This document shows positions 1 through 9,868 of a stretch of 64,000 nt of DNA, in pieces. Position 1 is the stretch's first letter; each line of letters starts with the position of its first letter. The translations under genes and the position numbers were made by a program. Source of the stretch: an uncultured Deferribacteres bacterium (GTDB taxonomy: Bacteria > Zhuqueibacterota > JdFR-76 > BMS3Abin05); NCBI GenBank assembly GCA_964579725.1, contig CAZOHG010000002.1, positions 30,890 to 94,889 on the forward strand. The letters run 5' to 3'. The notes below the pieces were generated by a model. That model ran no database searches. It was not told where the DNA came from and saw only the letters and a list, made by a program, of their open reading frames with translations.

Positions 1-2316
1 AGCGTGCCTCCCGAGGGCATGGCGTCAATGGCATTTAAACAAATATTCAAAATAACCTGCTGAAACTGAGATGCATCTCCCATGACGGCGGGCAGAGGCG
101 TGGTGAATTGTTTCCGAATGGCGATTTTTTTCTGCAATCGGTGTGAAATAATTTGGTAGGTTTCCTCTAACACCTCATTTAGGGAGACCGGTTTGTTTTC
201 GTACTTACCCTTTCGAGCAAATCCCAAAAGTTGACGAGTAAGCGTGGAAGCTCGCTGTGCAGTTTGAATAATACCGTCAACCATTTCCAATTCTTCGCCC
301 TTCAAATTATTTTCCGCCTGAAGCAGCGAGGCGTACCCGATGATTCCGCCGAGCAAATTATTGAAATCGTGCGCAATGCCTGCGGCCAAAATACCGACCG
401 ATTCCATTTTTTGCGCTTGCAACAATTTTTCTTCCAATTTCTTTTGTTCGCTAATATCCTGGTAGTTTTCAATGACCCGCGTCACCTTTCCGTTTTCATC
501 TTTTAAAGGAAAGGTGTTCAGCGAAATGTAGCCCTCGGGATTTTCCTCGCTGGGGAACGGCACCACTTCCGATTGCGGGAGCCCCGTTTCAAACGTGCGC
601 CGTGTGGGACAAAAGGGACAAACCGATTGCCGTTTTTGGTACACTTCGTAGCAGTGTTTTCCTTTTAGATCCGGACCGTAGAGTTTTTCTGCAGTGGCGT
701 TCGCCATTTCGATTCGGTAATCAGGCGTAATGACAGACAAACCGTTGTTGGTGGCATTGTAAATGGCGTCAAAGAGATGCGCCTGTTCGGCAAGGCGTTT
801 TTCCAGCTCCTTCTTTTCTGTAATGTCCAAGAGAATGCCTTGAATGGCAGGTTGATTTTCGTACGTCACGTAGCTTACGTAACCCAAAATATGCCGAATT
901 TTGCCTGTTTTGGTGCGAATGGAAAATTCGATGAGCGGCGGCGGACTTCCCCCTTGCATCCGAAGTTTGGCATTTTCCTGAAGTTTTTGAATTTCCTCAG
1001 GATGGATGAAAAAATCCCACACCTGCATATTTTTCATTTCTTCCGCGGAATATTCGGTAATTTTGGTCAGGTACTCATTAAAATACAAGAATTTCTGACC
1101 ATCGTACACAAAGAACCCCGTTACTTCCGATTCCACTAAATTCCGGTATTTTTCTTCGCTTTGGCGAAGCTGTAATTCCATGAGCTTTCGCTCGGTGATG
1201 TCATTCAAATTCACCAACACGGCGGACTTATTTTCAATCTCAATTTTGCCAAAACTGTACTCCAGCCAGCGCACCTCGCCGTTTTTTCGATAAATGCGTA
1301 CCTCAAAGTGCTGACCCTCGTTTTTGGCGCTTATGTTCGAATAGGCCTTTTCGACCATTGCCCGATCTTCCGGCAATATGAAATCTCTCCAACTTTTCCG
1401 GTAGATTTCTTTTCGACGATAGCCCAAAATGGCAGCCGCCGCCGGGTTGACGTAAAAAAAGGAACCTTCTCTCACAATGGCAATCCCCGACTGAAACTTT
1501 TCGGCAATATTTCGAAATTGGGCTTCACTGGCTTTGAGCTGACGCAACATGGCCAAACGTCCGGCAATGTTCCGGGCGCTGCCCTGAATTTCGACCACCT
1601 CTTTGTGGTTATTTTGCACGCCCTTTAGCGAAATTTCAACGGGGATTACCTCTCCGTTGGGTGCTTTTAAGCGCATTTCAAAGGGTTCTAACAACTCACC
1701 GCAAAGAACCTGATTGAATTTCTCGCGAATAGTCGGCCAATCTTCCGGAAAAACAAGTCTTTGAAAAGGAAAAGGCTCATCTCCTGCCGAAATATCCAGC
1801 GGAGGCTGAGAAAGATAAGTCAGACGAAAATCGCGGTCGATTCGGAAAACGCGGTCTGTCATATTTCCCAAAAGCAGGCGGTAGCGCGTCTCCGAGGCTT
1901 TTGCCTTCTGCAAAGCGGCATTGGTTTTTGTTAAATCATTGAGAAACATGGTGATTTGATCCAGTTTGCCGTGGGAAAATACCCCTCGCATTTTGAGCTG
2001 CACGTGCAGACTTTTCCCGTAAAGCGACGTGTAGTCGAATTCCAATTCCACGCTTTCGCCTTTTAAAATAGCCTGAGTTATTTTTTCAATTTTTTGAGGA
2101 GAAAAAGGGCCAAGTTCACGCACGTCTCTTCCAATGGCAGGCGGTTGTGCCTCTTTTGGAATGCCCATTAGCTCTCGGGCAGCGGGATTGTAATACAACA
2201 CACGGAAATTGGCATCGCAAATCACAATGGGCATCGGGGCATCCTGCAAAAAATGTTGACCAAAATTCAACAATTTGGCAGAATCGTGTGCAATGCGGTC
2301 TAATGGAAAATTCATT
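1..2316 (-). CDS. Multi-PAS sensor histidine kinase, C-terminal part lies beyond the window start
   Basis: Reverse-strand translation from the ATG at 2316 (MNFPLDRIAHDS...) gives several PAS-like repeats. It then reaches an H-box (HDFNNLLGGIIGYASLL) and an HATPase N-box (VILNICLNAIDAMPSGG) at the window edge. The ORF track omits it because it is edge-truncated. Confidence 0.8.
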
Positions 2317-2903
2317 GGTGATCCTCTATTTTTTTGATGGAAATCCAATAGTGGCGAAAATTTTCTCTGATGGATACAGGAGAGACGCAGATGTCAATTC
2401 GGTTGACCGGGCAAAAGCCTGATCGAACCCAATGGCGAAAGAAGGAGAAGAAACGGCAGACGGCCGAAAATGTTTTCTCTTTCCAAACCTGAAAATCATC
2501 ACCAACCCCAATATTTTTTTTATGTATATCGGCCAATATTGGGAAATACTTGAATTCACAGGCGTTTTTTAGCCCTCGCGGATGGAGGTTTTTGAGGAAT
2601 TTTTCGGACAGGAATGTTAATTCGGGGCCAGCCTTTGAGTTGGTCAAACTGCCCGGAATGGCCACTCCAAACAGAAGGCTAATTGTCCTCTGGCTACATT
2701 GACTTGGAGGCAAAATTCGCTCTTAAAAAATCGCAATCTGTGGGGAATTTTTTGAGAAGCGCCTCCCACCGCCAGTAGAATGTGAAAAATCATGTAAAAT
2801 GAGCCGTTGCTTATTTTCCCCCGCGTCCGAAAAACACAGGCTGAATGTGAGCCTATCCCTTCACTGGCGGACGAAAGGGACGGGTTGACGGCGAGCCTCG
2901 ACC

Positions 2904-3686
2904 TTAGTTAGGAATCTTCTTGGGAGACCGATGAAAATGAACCACAAATTCTCCCACAGCAACACCGATCGCCCCTCCCAAAAACACATCCGAAACCCAG
3001 TGCTGATTGTGGTACACCCGGGAGGCAGCAACCAGAGCCCCGGCCGAATACCAAAAAATCTTCCAAAACCGATTCCTCGCGGAGTTAGCCAACACTGTGG
3101 AAACCGCAAAGGCCACCGTGGTGTGCCCACTTGGGAGGGAATTGTAACGGTTGTCAAGCTGAAACGGCTTAAAATAAAACGGAGACGCCCCTCCGTAAGG
3201 CCGCCTTCGTCCGAATAAGATTTTCAGAACCACAGTCACTGTTCCTGCGTAGCCGCCAGCTTCGGCCGCGCAAAGACCCACCTTCCGAATTTTGTTCTTT
3301 TTAAGGAGATAACCCACCCCGTACACCCCCATAACTCCCGCCACTGTCAACCCGTTTCCGTAAAAACGGTCCGCGTTCAAAAGAAAATTACCGACGGCAT
3401 TTTGATGCCCTTGCGCAAATTCCCGGGTTGCAAAATCCAATTGCGACAGCAAAACAGTTGCTCCCATTGCTCCGGCTGCAACAATCCACTGGCGGCGTTG
3501 AAAGTGAAAGGGGGCCGCCGCTAATTTTTTCCCAACGCGTGTAAAATCCAAAAAATCATTTTTCAAAACGGACGGTTGACAGATTGAGAAGTCGACGCTG
3601 GTGGAAGATGTGACGGCAAACACATCGGTTGTTCCAACCCAAAAAAGAAAAATCACACCCCCCAATAGGCTGAGCAGTTTTCTCAA
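2904..3686 (-). CDS. PAP2-family (type 2 acid) phosphatase, secreted or membrane
   Basis: The PAP2 signature motifs are present in order: KILFGRRRP, PSGHT, SRVYHNQHWVSDV. There is an N-terminal signal peptide or membrane anchor. The start is TTG at 3686. Confidence 0.8.
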   Translation of the reverse strand: MRKLLSLLGGVIFLFWVGTTDVFAVTSSTSVDFSICQPSVLKNDFLDFTRVGKKLAAAPFHFQRRQWIVAAGAMGATVLLSQLDFATREFAQGHQNAVGNFLLNADRFYGNGLTVAGVMGVYGVGYLLKKNKIRKVGLCAAEAGGYAGTVTVVLKILFGRRRPYGGASPFYFKPFQLDNRYNSLPSGHTTVAFAVSTVLANSARNRFWKIFWYSAGALVAASRVYHNQHWVSDVFLGGAIGVAVGEFVVHFHRSPKKIPN

Positions 3687-4002
3687 AGAGTTGATTTTAG
3701 TCTCCTCTTACCTGATTTTTTGATCTTTGTCTTTTGTACCCCAGCATTTAGCCAACCCGGAGGCATAAAAGTCGGCTCTGAATGTACTCACCCCGAGTGA
3801 ACCGTCGAAAATCCAGAAAAACTTTCTTTGAAATATACTGAGGCGTCGTCGGAAAATCAAGTTCAACTTAAAAGACCCTGTTTTTACGGCGGTGCACAGG
3901 TGTTGTTGCGGCTGAAAAAATCCCTGAAAATCTACTCTCGAAAGGGGGAAAAGGCGCTGTGACCGTTTGTTTGCCGAACCGGGGAATTTGCCTCTTTCAC
4001 AA

Positions 4003-4046
4003 TTGAAAAAAACGGCGGACAACTTTTCGAGCTGCCCGCCGCGGTC
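4003..4046 (-). terminator. Putative rho-independent terminator downstream of the cytochrome gene
   Basis: On the minus strand, the stem CGGCGG...CCGCCG is followed by TTTTTTT. The matching top-strand sequence is the A7 run at about 4004-4010. Confidence 0.4.
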
Positions 4047-4106
4047 AAGGCTTTCGGCGGTTCTCGTTTACCAAATTCCGTACAGCTCTTGTCAAAAGAT
4101 TTTTGG

Positions 4107-6041
4107 TTATTTCAGCAAAAGTAGTTTTTGGGTAGTCACTAACGACTGTGCGCCGTGTACTTTGTCCAGAGAAGCACGGAGCAAATAGGAACCGCTTGGA
4201 ACGGGAAGACCTGAGCGAGAAGTCCCCGTCCACGTGAGACGAAGTTCACCGGCACCGATTTGTCCTTGGTAGAGCGTTCGAATGCGTTTTCCCAATGTAT
4301 TGTAAATTTGGACGGTCAAATTTCCCTTTTGCGGTACCTGAATGCGCACATGAACCTGAGGATTAAACGGATTCGGGTACGCCTGAACCAAAAGCTGACT
4401 TTGCGGAATCCGACCACTCTTTTCACCAGCCGAGGTGGTTGTAATGGTTTTTTGCAAGGAATCCAATGTGAACGGGACATTGGGCGTTTTTTCGTAATAC
4501 GAACGAAAGGCCTGCACCTGCGGCGTGTTGTAGCGGAAAAGGTCCTTTACGAAACGCGGACTCAAGCTCTGGTAATTCAATTTCACGGTTACCGTGTAGG
4601 TTTTACCTCGGACTACTCCCCCGATTCGGTAAATGGTGGTATCGGTTCCTGAGCCGTTGCGATTGAAATTCGAGTCGAGCAGGGCTTTCCCTAAAATCTG
4701 GGTGGAATCGTACGCTGCTCCGCCTATCCTGAAGCCCTCGGGTGGAATGCGGTTGTCTTTTAAATAGCCTGCCGCCCGCAAAAGAGTGTAATTGACCTTG
4801 CCGTCCACATCTTTCATGACCGATTGGTAAATCTGCGTTTCCTTCGGACTACGAATAACGGCGTGGTGGGGCTCGTAGGGGATTTCCAAATTCGCAATAT
4901 CCCCGCTGTCCGCATTCCAAATACCGGACGCAAAAAGAGTTCGGCCTTGCCGGTCGTCCAATCGAAGTTCCAACCAAACGCGGCGGCTTGGGTACGCAGT
5001 TGGGAATTTATGACCGGTCTTATTTTTCACAGCCACTCGAATTTCTAGTGTGTCCGGGTTTGTCCAGTTGTAAGAGGCCGACAGGTCTGCCGTTTCCGTC
5101 CGCAGCATGCGCTCTGTTCGGGCAATCGTGCTGTCCAGTTGAGTCGTCGTGGCCGTTACACCGAGAGTGGGGCCATTCGCCCGAATTAGGCGGAGCATGT
5201 ACAAATTCCCCCCGACGAAATGGTGTTGGGCAAAAGGACTTCGCCCTCCCAGCGAACGCGGTCTATTGGCGATCACAACCGGCTCGTCCAGATCGGGCAT
5301 GTGGCACGATTGGCATTGCTTGTCATTTTTCGGGAAAATGCTATTCTTCCATTCCAAATAGGGGGTTTGTTCGGGTGCCTGTCCCACAACCTGGCCGGTG
5401 TTGTTCACATAAGGCGTAAAAAGCGTGTGACACGTCGCACACAATTCCGATTGGTGGGTTTGTTCTCCAAATCGAGGGGTGTAATTGGTTTGATTTTGCA
5501 TGGGCATTGTAAGCGGATTTTCAAACGGCCCGTAAATAATGTGATCGTTCTGAATTAAATAGTGCCCGCTGTAGCTTTCCGGCTTTCCCAAATTATCCGC
5601 TTTGATCTGGTGGCAGGCGGTACAGCTGACACCGTCCATCGCCAAGGGGTCTGCATTCATTTCAGCCATTGTGTAGCTGGAACTTCCCTTGAAAATCGCT
5701 TCCGTGCGGCCCAAGGGTGAGTGACACGTGGTACACTTGTCCTCAATCACACTCCTCAAGTGGGGGTTGGCTGTGACTTCCGCCGAAACTTTTGCCTGCC
5801 AGAAGGGGTCCTTCGCAGCGTTTGCCATCATGGTGGAGCGCCAAAGCGTCACCGGCGAAACATCTTCCCCCCGAATATTCAGCAACGCGCTCGTGTTCGG
5901 GGAACCGGGCTGGTGACACAGAGCGCAATTGCCCGAACCACTGAAAAGGTTGGAGGTTTGTGTGGGCAAATTTTGGGCATTTGCGCCGGGAATAAATCCA
6001 GCGGTAAAAAACACAAGAAATAAAAACAATGTTTTTCGCAT
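4107..6041 (-). CDS. Secreted pentaheme c-type cytochrome with a T9SS C-terminal sorting domain
   Basis: There are five CxxCH motifs: CALCH, CTTCH, CTACH, CATCH and CQSCH. The signal peptide is MRKTLFLFLVFFTAGFIPGANAQ. The C-terminal ~90 aa (AYPNPFNPQVHVRIQ...YLLRASL...) match the Por/T9SS secretion-tail pattern. I chose the start at 6041 (ATG with an AAAGGA Shine-Dalgarno) rather than the upstream 6242 extension. Confidence 0.8.
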   Translation of the reverse strand: MRKTLFLFLVFFTAGFIPGANAQNLPTQTSNLFSGSGNCALCHQPGSPNTSALLNIRGEDVSPVTLWRSTMMANAAKDPFWQAKVSAEVTANPHLRSVIEDKCTTCHSPLGRTEAIFKGSSSYTMAEMNADPLAMDGVSCTACHQIKADNLGKPESYSGHYLIQNDHIIYGPFENPLTMPMQNQTNYTPRFGEQTHQSELCATCHTLFTPYVNNTGQVVGQAPEQTPYLEWKNSIFPKNDKQCQSCHMPDLDEPVVIANRPRSLGGRSPFAQHHFVGGNLYMLRLIRANGPTLGVTATTTQLDSTIARTERMLRTETADLSASYNWTNPDTLEIRVAVKNKTGHKFPTAYPSRRVWLELRLDDRQGRTLFASGIWNADSGDIANLEIPYEPHHAVIRSPKETQIYQSVMKDVDGKVNYTLLRAAGYLKDNRIPPEGFRIGGAAYDSTQILGKALLDSNFNRNGSGTDTTIYRIGGVVRGKTYTVTVKLNYQSLSPRFVKDLFRYNTPQVQAFRSYYEKTPNVPFTLDSLQKTITTTSAGEKSGRIPQSQLLVQAYPNPFNPQVHVRIQVPQKGNLTVQIYNTLGKRIRTLYQGQIGAGELRLTWTGTSRSGLPVPSGSYLLRASLDKVHGAQSLVTTQKLLLLK

Positions 6042-6349
6042 TCGGAAATCCTTTCTCTCTTGTTTTCGTTCTTCACATTCAAAAACGTCGGCATGGCATT
6101 TTTTAATTTCTGCGATTGAAAGTCCACTATGATTTGGTTGAATAGAATCCCCCCAATTCAAATTTTTCGCTGTCAAGCGGTTGAGAATGAAAAAGTCCGC
6201 TAAGAAATCCGAACAATTCTGGGCCCAACAGCCAAAATCCAATGACCGAGTGAGGCAATCTAAACCAATTTACAATCCTACGACTATTTTGTTCATTTTA
6301 GAGAATTTTGGGTTGAGCCTGATTTTGCCTTTAATCACAAGAAAAGCGT

Positions 6350-6535
6350 TCAGCAATAAATCCCTAACAGCCGGGAAAATTCGGGATGACGGGCCCGGCT
6401 TGCCAAATTCCCGGAGTCAATAATATTCTGCCCTGCGCGGTTTATTGGGGCTTTTTGCCATTCCGTTTGATGCCCCTTCAACACGTCGTAGGCAAGAAAC
6501 CCACCAAAAGTCACCAATACAATGAAAATACTCAT
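6350..6535 (-). CDS. Small single-TM membrane protein downstream of copB (hypothetical)
   Basis: A strong AAGGAG Shine-Dalgarno sits 8 nt upstream of the ATG. The N-terminal hydrophobic helix is MSIFIVLVTFGGFLAYDVL. The gene starts 18 bp after the copB stop. I recognise no homology. Confidence 0.35.
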   Translation of the reverse strand: MSIFIVLVTFGGFLAYDVLKGHQTEWQKAPINRAGQNIIDSGNLASRARHPEFSRLLGIYC

Positions 6536-6552
6536 GCTTCTTCTCCTTAATT

Positions 6553-8676
6553 TTATGAATGTTCTTTTTCCACTTTGAGAAATCGAGCGTTAACGGCCAC
6601 GATGACCGTACTTAATGACATTAACACGGCCCCCACGGCGGGACTCAAAATAACACCGTAGCTGAACAGAACACCCGCGGCCAGCGGAATGGCAAAGGCA
6701 TTGTAGCCCGTTGCCCACGCCAAATTTTGCACCATTTTTCGATACGTAGCCTTAGCCAGCCCAATGACCGCAACCACATCCAACGGATTACTGCGAACCA
6801 AAACAATATCGGCTGTTTCGACGGCTACGTCCGTTCCTGCCCCGATGGCAATGCCCACATCCGCCTGGGCCAGAGCCGGCGCGTCGTTAACGCCGTCCCC
6901 TGTCATGGCAACGGTTAATCCGCGCTTTTGGATTTCCTTTACTTTCGAGGCTTTTTCGTGTGGCTGCACCTCGGCGAAAAATTCATCGATCCCAATTTGC
7001 TCAGCCACCCATTTGGCTGCTTTTCGGTTATCTCCTGTTAACATCATGGTTTGAATTCCCATTTTTTTGAAGCGCCGAATCGCCTCTTTGGATTCGGGTC
7101 GAATCCTATCGGCCAGCGCAATAGCGCCGCGAACAAATCCATTTACCAGAACAAAAATCACCGTTTTCCCCTGAGCGCTCAGTTCTTCCACGCGGGAATC
7201 GGTCATGGGAATATGGTTCTCACGCAAATACCCTGGACTGACCACCATGATCTCTTCCCCGTCGACCATTCCTTTGGCCCCTTTGCCCGGAATGGCCTTG
7301 AAGGTTCGAACTTGAGGAAACTCGTTGACGGACTGCACAATACTCTGAGCGATCGGGTGTTCCGAATGCGCTTCCACGGCAGCTGCTTTGCTCAATAACG
7401 CTTTGGCATTGGTATTGGAATCAAAGACCAACACGTCAGTGATGCCGAAGTTGCCCAGAGTCAACGTACCGGTTTTATCAAAAATGATTGCCTGTAAATG
7501 GCGCGCCTGTTCAAAAGCGGCACGATCGCGAATCAGTAGCCCATTTTTGGCTGAAATTGCGGTGGAAACCGCCACCACCAAAGGCACAGCCAGTCCGAGG
7601 GCATGGGGACAGGTAATCACCATGACCGTCACAGTGCGTTCAAGAGCGAAGGCCAAACTCTGGTGCAAAACCGCCAGCCAGACAAAAAGGGTAAGTCCTC
7701 CCGCACCGATAGCGATGATTGTCAGCCAAAAAGCCGCTCGATTGGCCAAATCCTGGGTTTTGGATTTGCTTTGTTGGGCTTGCCGCACCAATTCAATCAC
7801 CTGAGCCAGAAAAGAGTCTTTGCCCGTTTTCTGAATCAAAATAGTAAGGGAACCCTCCCCGTTAATGGCGCCCCCGATTACCTCATTACCTACTTTTTTG
7901 CTAATGGGTTTGGATTCACCGCTTAACATCGATTCGTTGACCGAGCTTATTCCCTCAACTACCACGCCGTCCCCGGGAATTTTCTCCCCGGGTTTGACCA
8001 AAACGCGGTCGCCCGGTTTTAATGCATTTAATGGAACATCCTGAACGGTTCCATCTGCCAAAATAACGTGGGCATTGGCCGGCATCAGTTCGGCCAGCGC
8101 TTCTAAAGCTCGCGAGGCTCCCATTACCGATTTCATCTCGATCCAATGACCGACCAACATGATGTCAATTAATGTGGCCAATTCCCAAAAAAAGATTTTG
8201 CCCCCAAGACCAAACACCACTGCTGTGCTGTAAACATAGGCAACTGTAATCGCCAGAGCAATGAGTGTCATCATACCGGGTGTTTTTTTCTTGAGTTCGT
8301 CACCCATTCCTTTTAAAAACGGCCAGCCGCCGTAAAAAAAGACCGCTGTAGCCAACAGAAAAGACAGCATTAAATCGCCGCCGAATCGCAGGCTTTCGCC
8401 CAGACCCAACACTTTTTGAATCATGGGTGAAAGCAACAGAATAGGAACGGTGAGAATGAGGGAAAACCAGAAGCGCTTGCGGAAATCCCGGACCATCATG
8501 GCGTGGTGGTCATGGTGACTGTGTTCCGCATGCCCCTCATGGCGATGATAGTCATGATCAGCTTCGTGGCGCGTGTGGTCATGCCCCTCGTGGTGACGAC
8601 CGTGCCCTGTGTGCGGGGGGGCCTCCCCCGATTTCATTTCAGGGGTCATTTCGTGATGTTGATGTTTGTTTTCCAT
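6553..8676 (-). CDS. copB: Copper-translocating P1B-type ATPase (CopB-like, CPH motif, His-rich N-terminus)
   Basis: DKTGTLT, GDGVNDAPAL and TGES-type motifs are present. The transmembrane metal-binding motif is CPH (CPHALGLAVP), not CPC. The N-terminus is His-rich (HHEGHDHTRHEADHDYHRHEGHAEHSHHDHH), which is typical of the P1B-3 subgroup. Confidence 0.9.
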   Translation of the reverse strand: MENKHQHHEMTPEMKSGEAPPHTGHGRHHEGHDHTRHEADHDYHRHEGHAEHSHHDHHAMMVRDFRKRFWFSLILTVPILLLSPMIQKVLGLGESLRFGGDLMLSFLLATAVFFYGGWPFLKGMGDELKKKTPGMMTLIALAITVAYVYSTAVVFGLGGKIFFWELATLIDIMLVGHWIEMKSVMGASRALEALAELMPANAHVILADGTVQDVPLNALKPGDRVLVKPGEKIPGDGVVVEGISSVNESMLSGESKPISKKVGNEVIGGAINGEGSLTILIQKTGKDSFLAQVIELVRQAQQSKSKTQDLANRAAFWLTIIAIGAGGLTLFVWLAVLHQSLAFALERTVTVMVITCPHALGLAVPLVVAVSTAISAKNGLLIRDRAAFEQARHLQAIIFDKTGTLTLGNFGITDVLVFDSNTNAKALLSKAAAVEAHSEHPIAQSIVQSVNEFPQVRTFKAIPGKGAKGMVDGEEIMVVSPGYLRENHIPMTDSRVEELSAQGKTVIFVLVNGFVRGAIALADRIRPESKEAIRRFKKMGIQTMMLTGDNRKAAKWVAEQIGIDEFFAEVQPHEKASKVKEIQKRGLTVAMTGDGVNDAPALAQADVGIAIGAGTDVAVETADIVLVRSNPLDVVAVIGLAKATYRKMVQNLAWATGYNAFAIPLAAGVLFSYGVILSPAVGAVLMSLSTVIVAVNARFLKVEKEHS

Positions 8677-8739
8677 GATTCAGTCCTTTTTAGGTGCGCT
8701 GTATTCTGTCAGGGAGAGACTCCCCGTTCAGTATCCTTC

Positions 8740-8973
8740 TCAGAGAAGTTCCTTTTTCATCTTCTCAAATTCTTCCTCTGAAATTTCTCCTCGAGCAAAA
8801 CGCTTTTTCAGAATTTCAAGCGGCGTTTCGCCGTGAAAGGTTGGGTTTTCAGGGTGATTTTTCTTCTGATTGTTGGTAAACGAAATAACGGCCCAAATAA
8901 TAATTCCCAAAAAGGCCAGCCAAAAGATGGAACCAAACCACATTCCACCGCCCCATCCAAATCCGTGCATCAT
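8740..8973 (-). CDS. SHOCT-domain small membrane protein
   Basis: The C-terminal motif ETPLEILKKRFARGEISEEEFEKMKKEL matches SHOCT. There is a glycine-rich TM segment. ATG at 8973 has an AAGGAG Shine-Dalgarno. The ORF-track extension to 9030 lacks an RBS. Confidence 0.6.
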   Translation of the reverse strand: MMHGFGWGGGMWFGSIFWLAFLGIIIWAVISFTNNQKKNHPENPTFHGETPLEILKKRFARGEISEEEFEKMKKELL

Positions 8974-9044
8974 TTTATTTCTCCTTCCGTTAGGTGAATA
9001 ATTGGGTAGGGAAATGCTCCCTACCCTCATCTGTTTCTTTCCGA

Positions 9045-9650
9045 CTACCGCATCATACCGCGGCCCACCATGGAACCGGGCTTGGCGGGGAGAGATTTTA
9101 ACTTCTGTAACTGGTCAGGGGTTAGAACCTGGCGTCCGCGCTCAATGGTATTTAGAAACGCGGCGCGAAGTTTGCCCTCCAACACCGTTATTCGGTTCAA
9201 TGTGGACTGTGCCTTTTTGAAATTTGGGCTTGTGTTCTTCAAAATTTGTTTCAGGTCGAGAAGTGCCACCTTACGATCCGCCTGATTTTGAATCGCCAAT
9301 TTCTGAAATTCCAATTTCAAGGTCTGTAATTTCTCAATTTGAGCCTGTGTCAGGTCAAGCTGTTGCGAGAATTTCAGAGCAAATCCCGGGCAACCGTAGC
9401 TGTGCAACTGACCAAACAGGGGGTCTCCCATGTTCATCTCGCTGCCCTTGTGCATCATCATTCCCATCATCCGGCCCCGCATCTGGCCGGGTTTTGCCTG
9501 CGGGCTTTGCTTGCCCATCATTTGGCCCCGCATTTGCATGGCGTTTTTCATGGGCATTGGGTTCGGAGCAGTGGTTTGCGTCCAACCCGCTCCCGCCAAT
9601 GTTACCGCACCAATGGCCACTGCAATGGCCGTAATCCATTTCTTTTTCAT
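9045..9650 (-). CDS. Spy/CpxP-family (LTXXQ) periplasmic protein with a Met-rich N-terminal region
   Basis: Signal peptide is present. Two LTXXQ motifs occur: LDLTQAQIEKLQ and LTPDQLQKL. The N-terminal tract is Met-rich (MPMKNAMQMRGQMMGKQ...MRGRMMGMMMHKGSEMNMG). An AAGGAG Shine-Dalgarno precedes the start. Confidence 0.65.
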   Translation of the reverse strand: MKKKWITAIAVAIGAVTLAGAGWTQTTAPNPMPMKNAMQMRGQMMGKQSPQAKPGQMRGRMMGMMMHKGSEMNMGDPLFGQLHSYGCPGFALKFSQQLDLTQAQIEKLQTLKLEFQKLAIQNQADRKVALLDLKQILKNTSPNFKKAQSTLNRITVLEGKLRAAFLNTIERGRQVLTPDQLQKLKSLPAKPGSMVGRGMMR

Positions 9651-9810
9651 ACCGATTTCTCCTTATTTTTTGAGATGCATTTTTCCGAATACAAGACATT
9701 CTAATTCAATGAACGTGCCAAAAACAAAACAGGAGCACAACACCAATAAATACAATAGGATACGTTTTAGAGGAAGTTCGAAAGGAATTTAGAAATTTGA
9801 AGAATACTCT

Positions 9811-9830
9811 AAAAGTGTAGAATATTCTAC
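9811..9830. repeat. Perfect 18-bp palindrome GTGTAGAATATTCTACAC between the cusA 3' end and the spy-like promoter region
   Basis: Read directly from the sequence. It is followed by TTTTAG on the top strand. It could act as an operator or as a hairpin/terminator. Confidence 0.3.
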
Positions 9831-9868
9831 ACTCAAGGGGGGCGATTTAACCATCGCCCCACCCTACA

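Noticed and set aside
8503-8781. A 92-aa His/Met/Val-rich ORF on the plus strand.
   Set aside because: It is the antisense of the His-rich N-terminal codons of copB, which is a mirror-image artefact.
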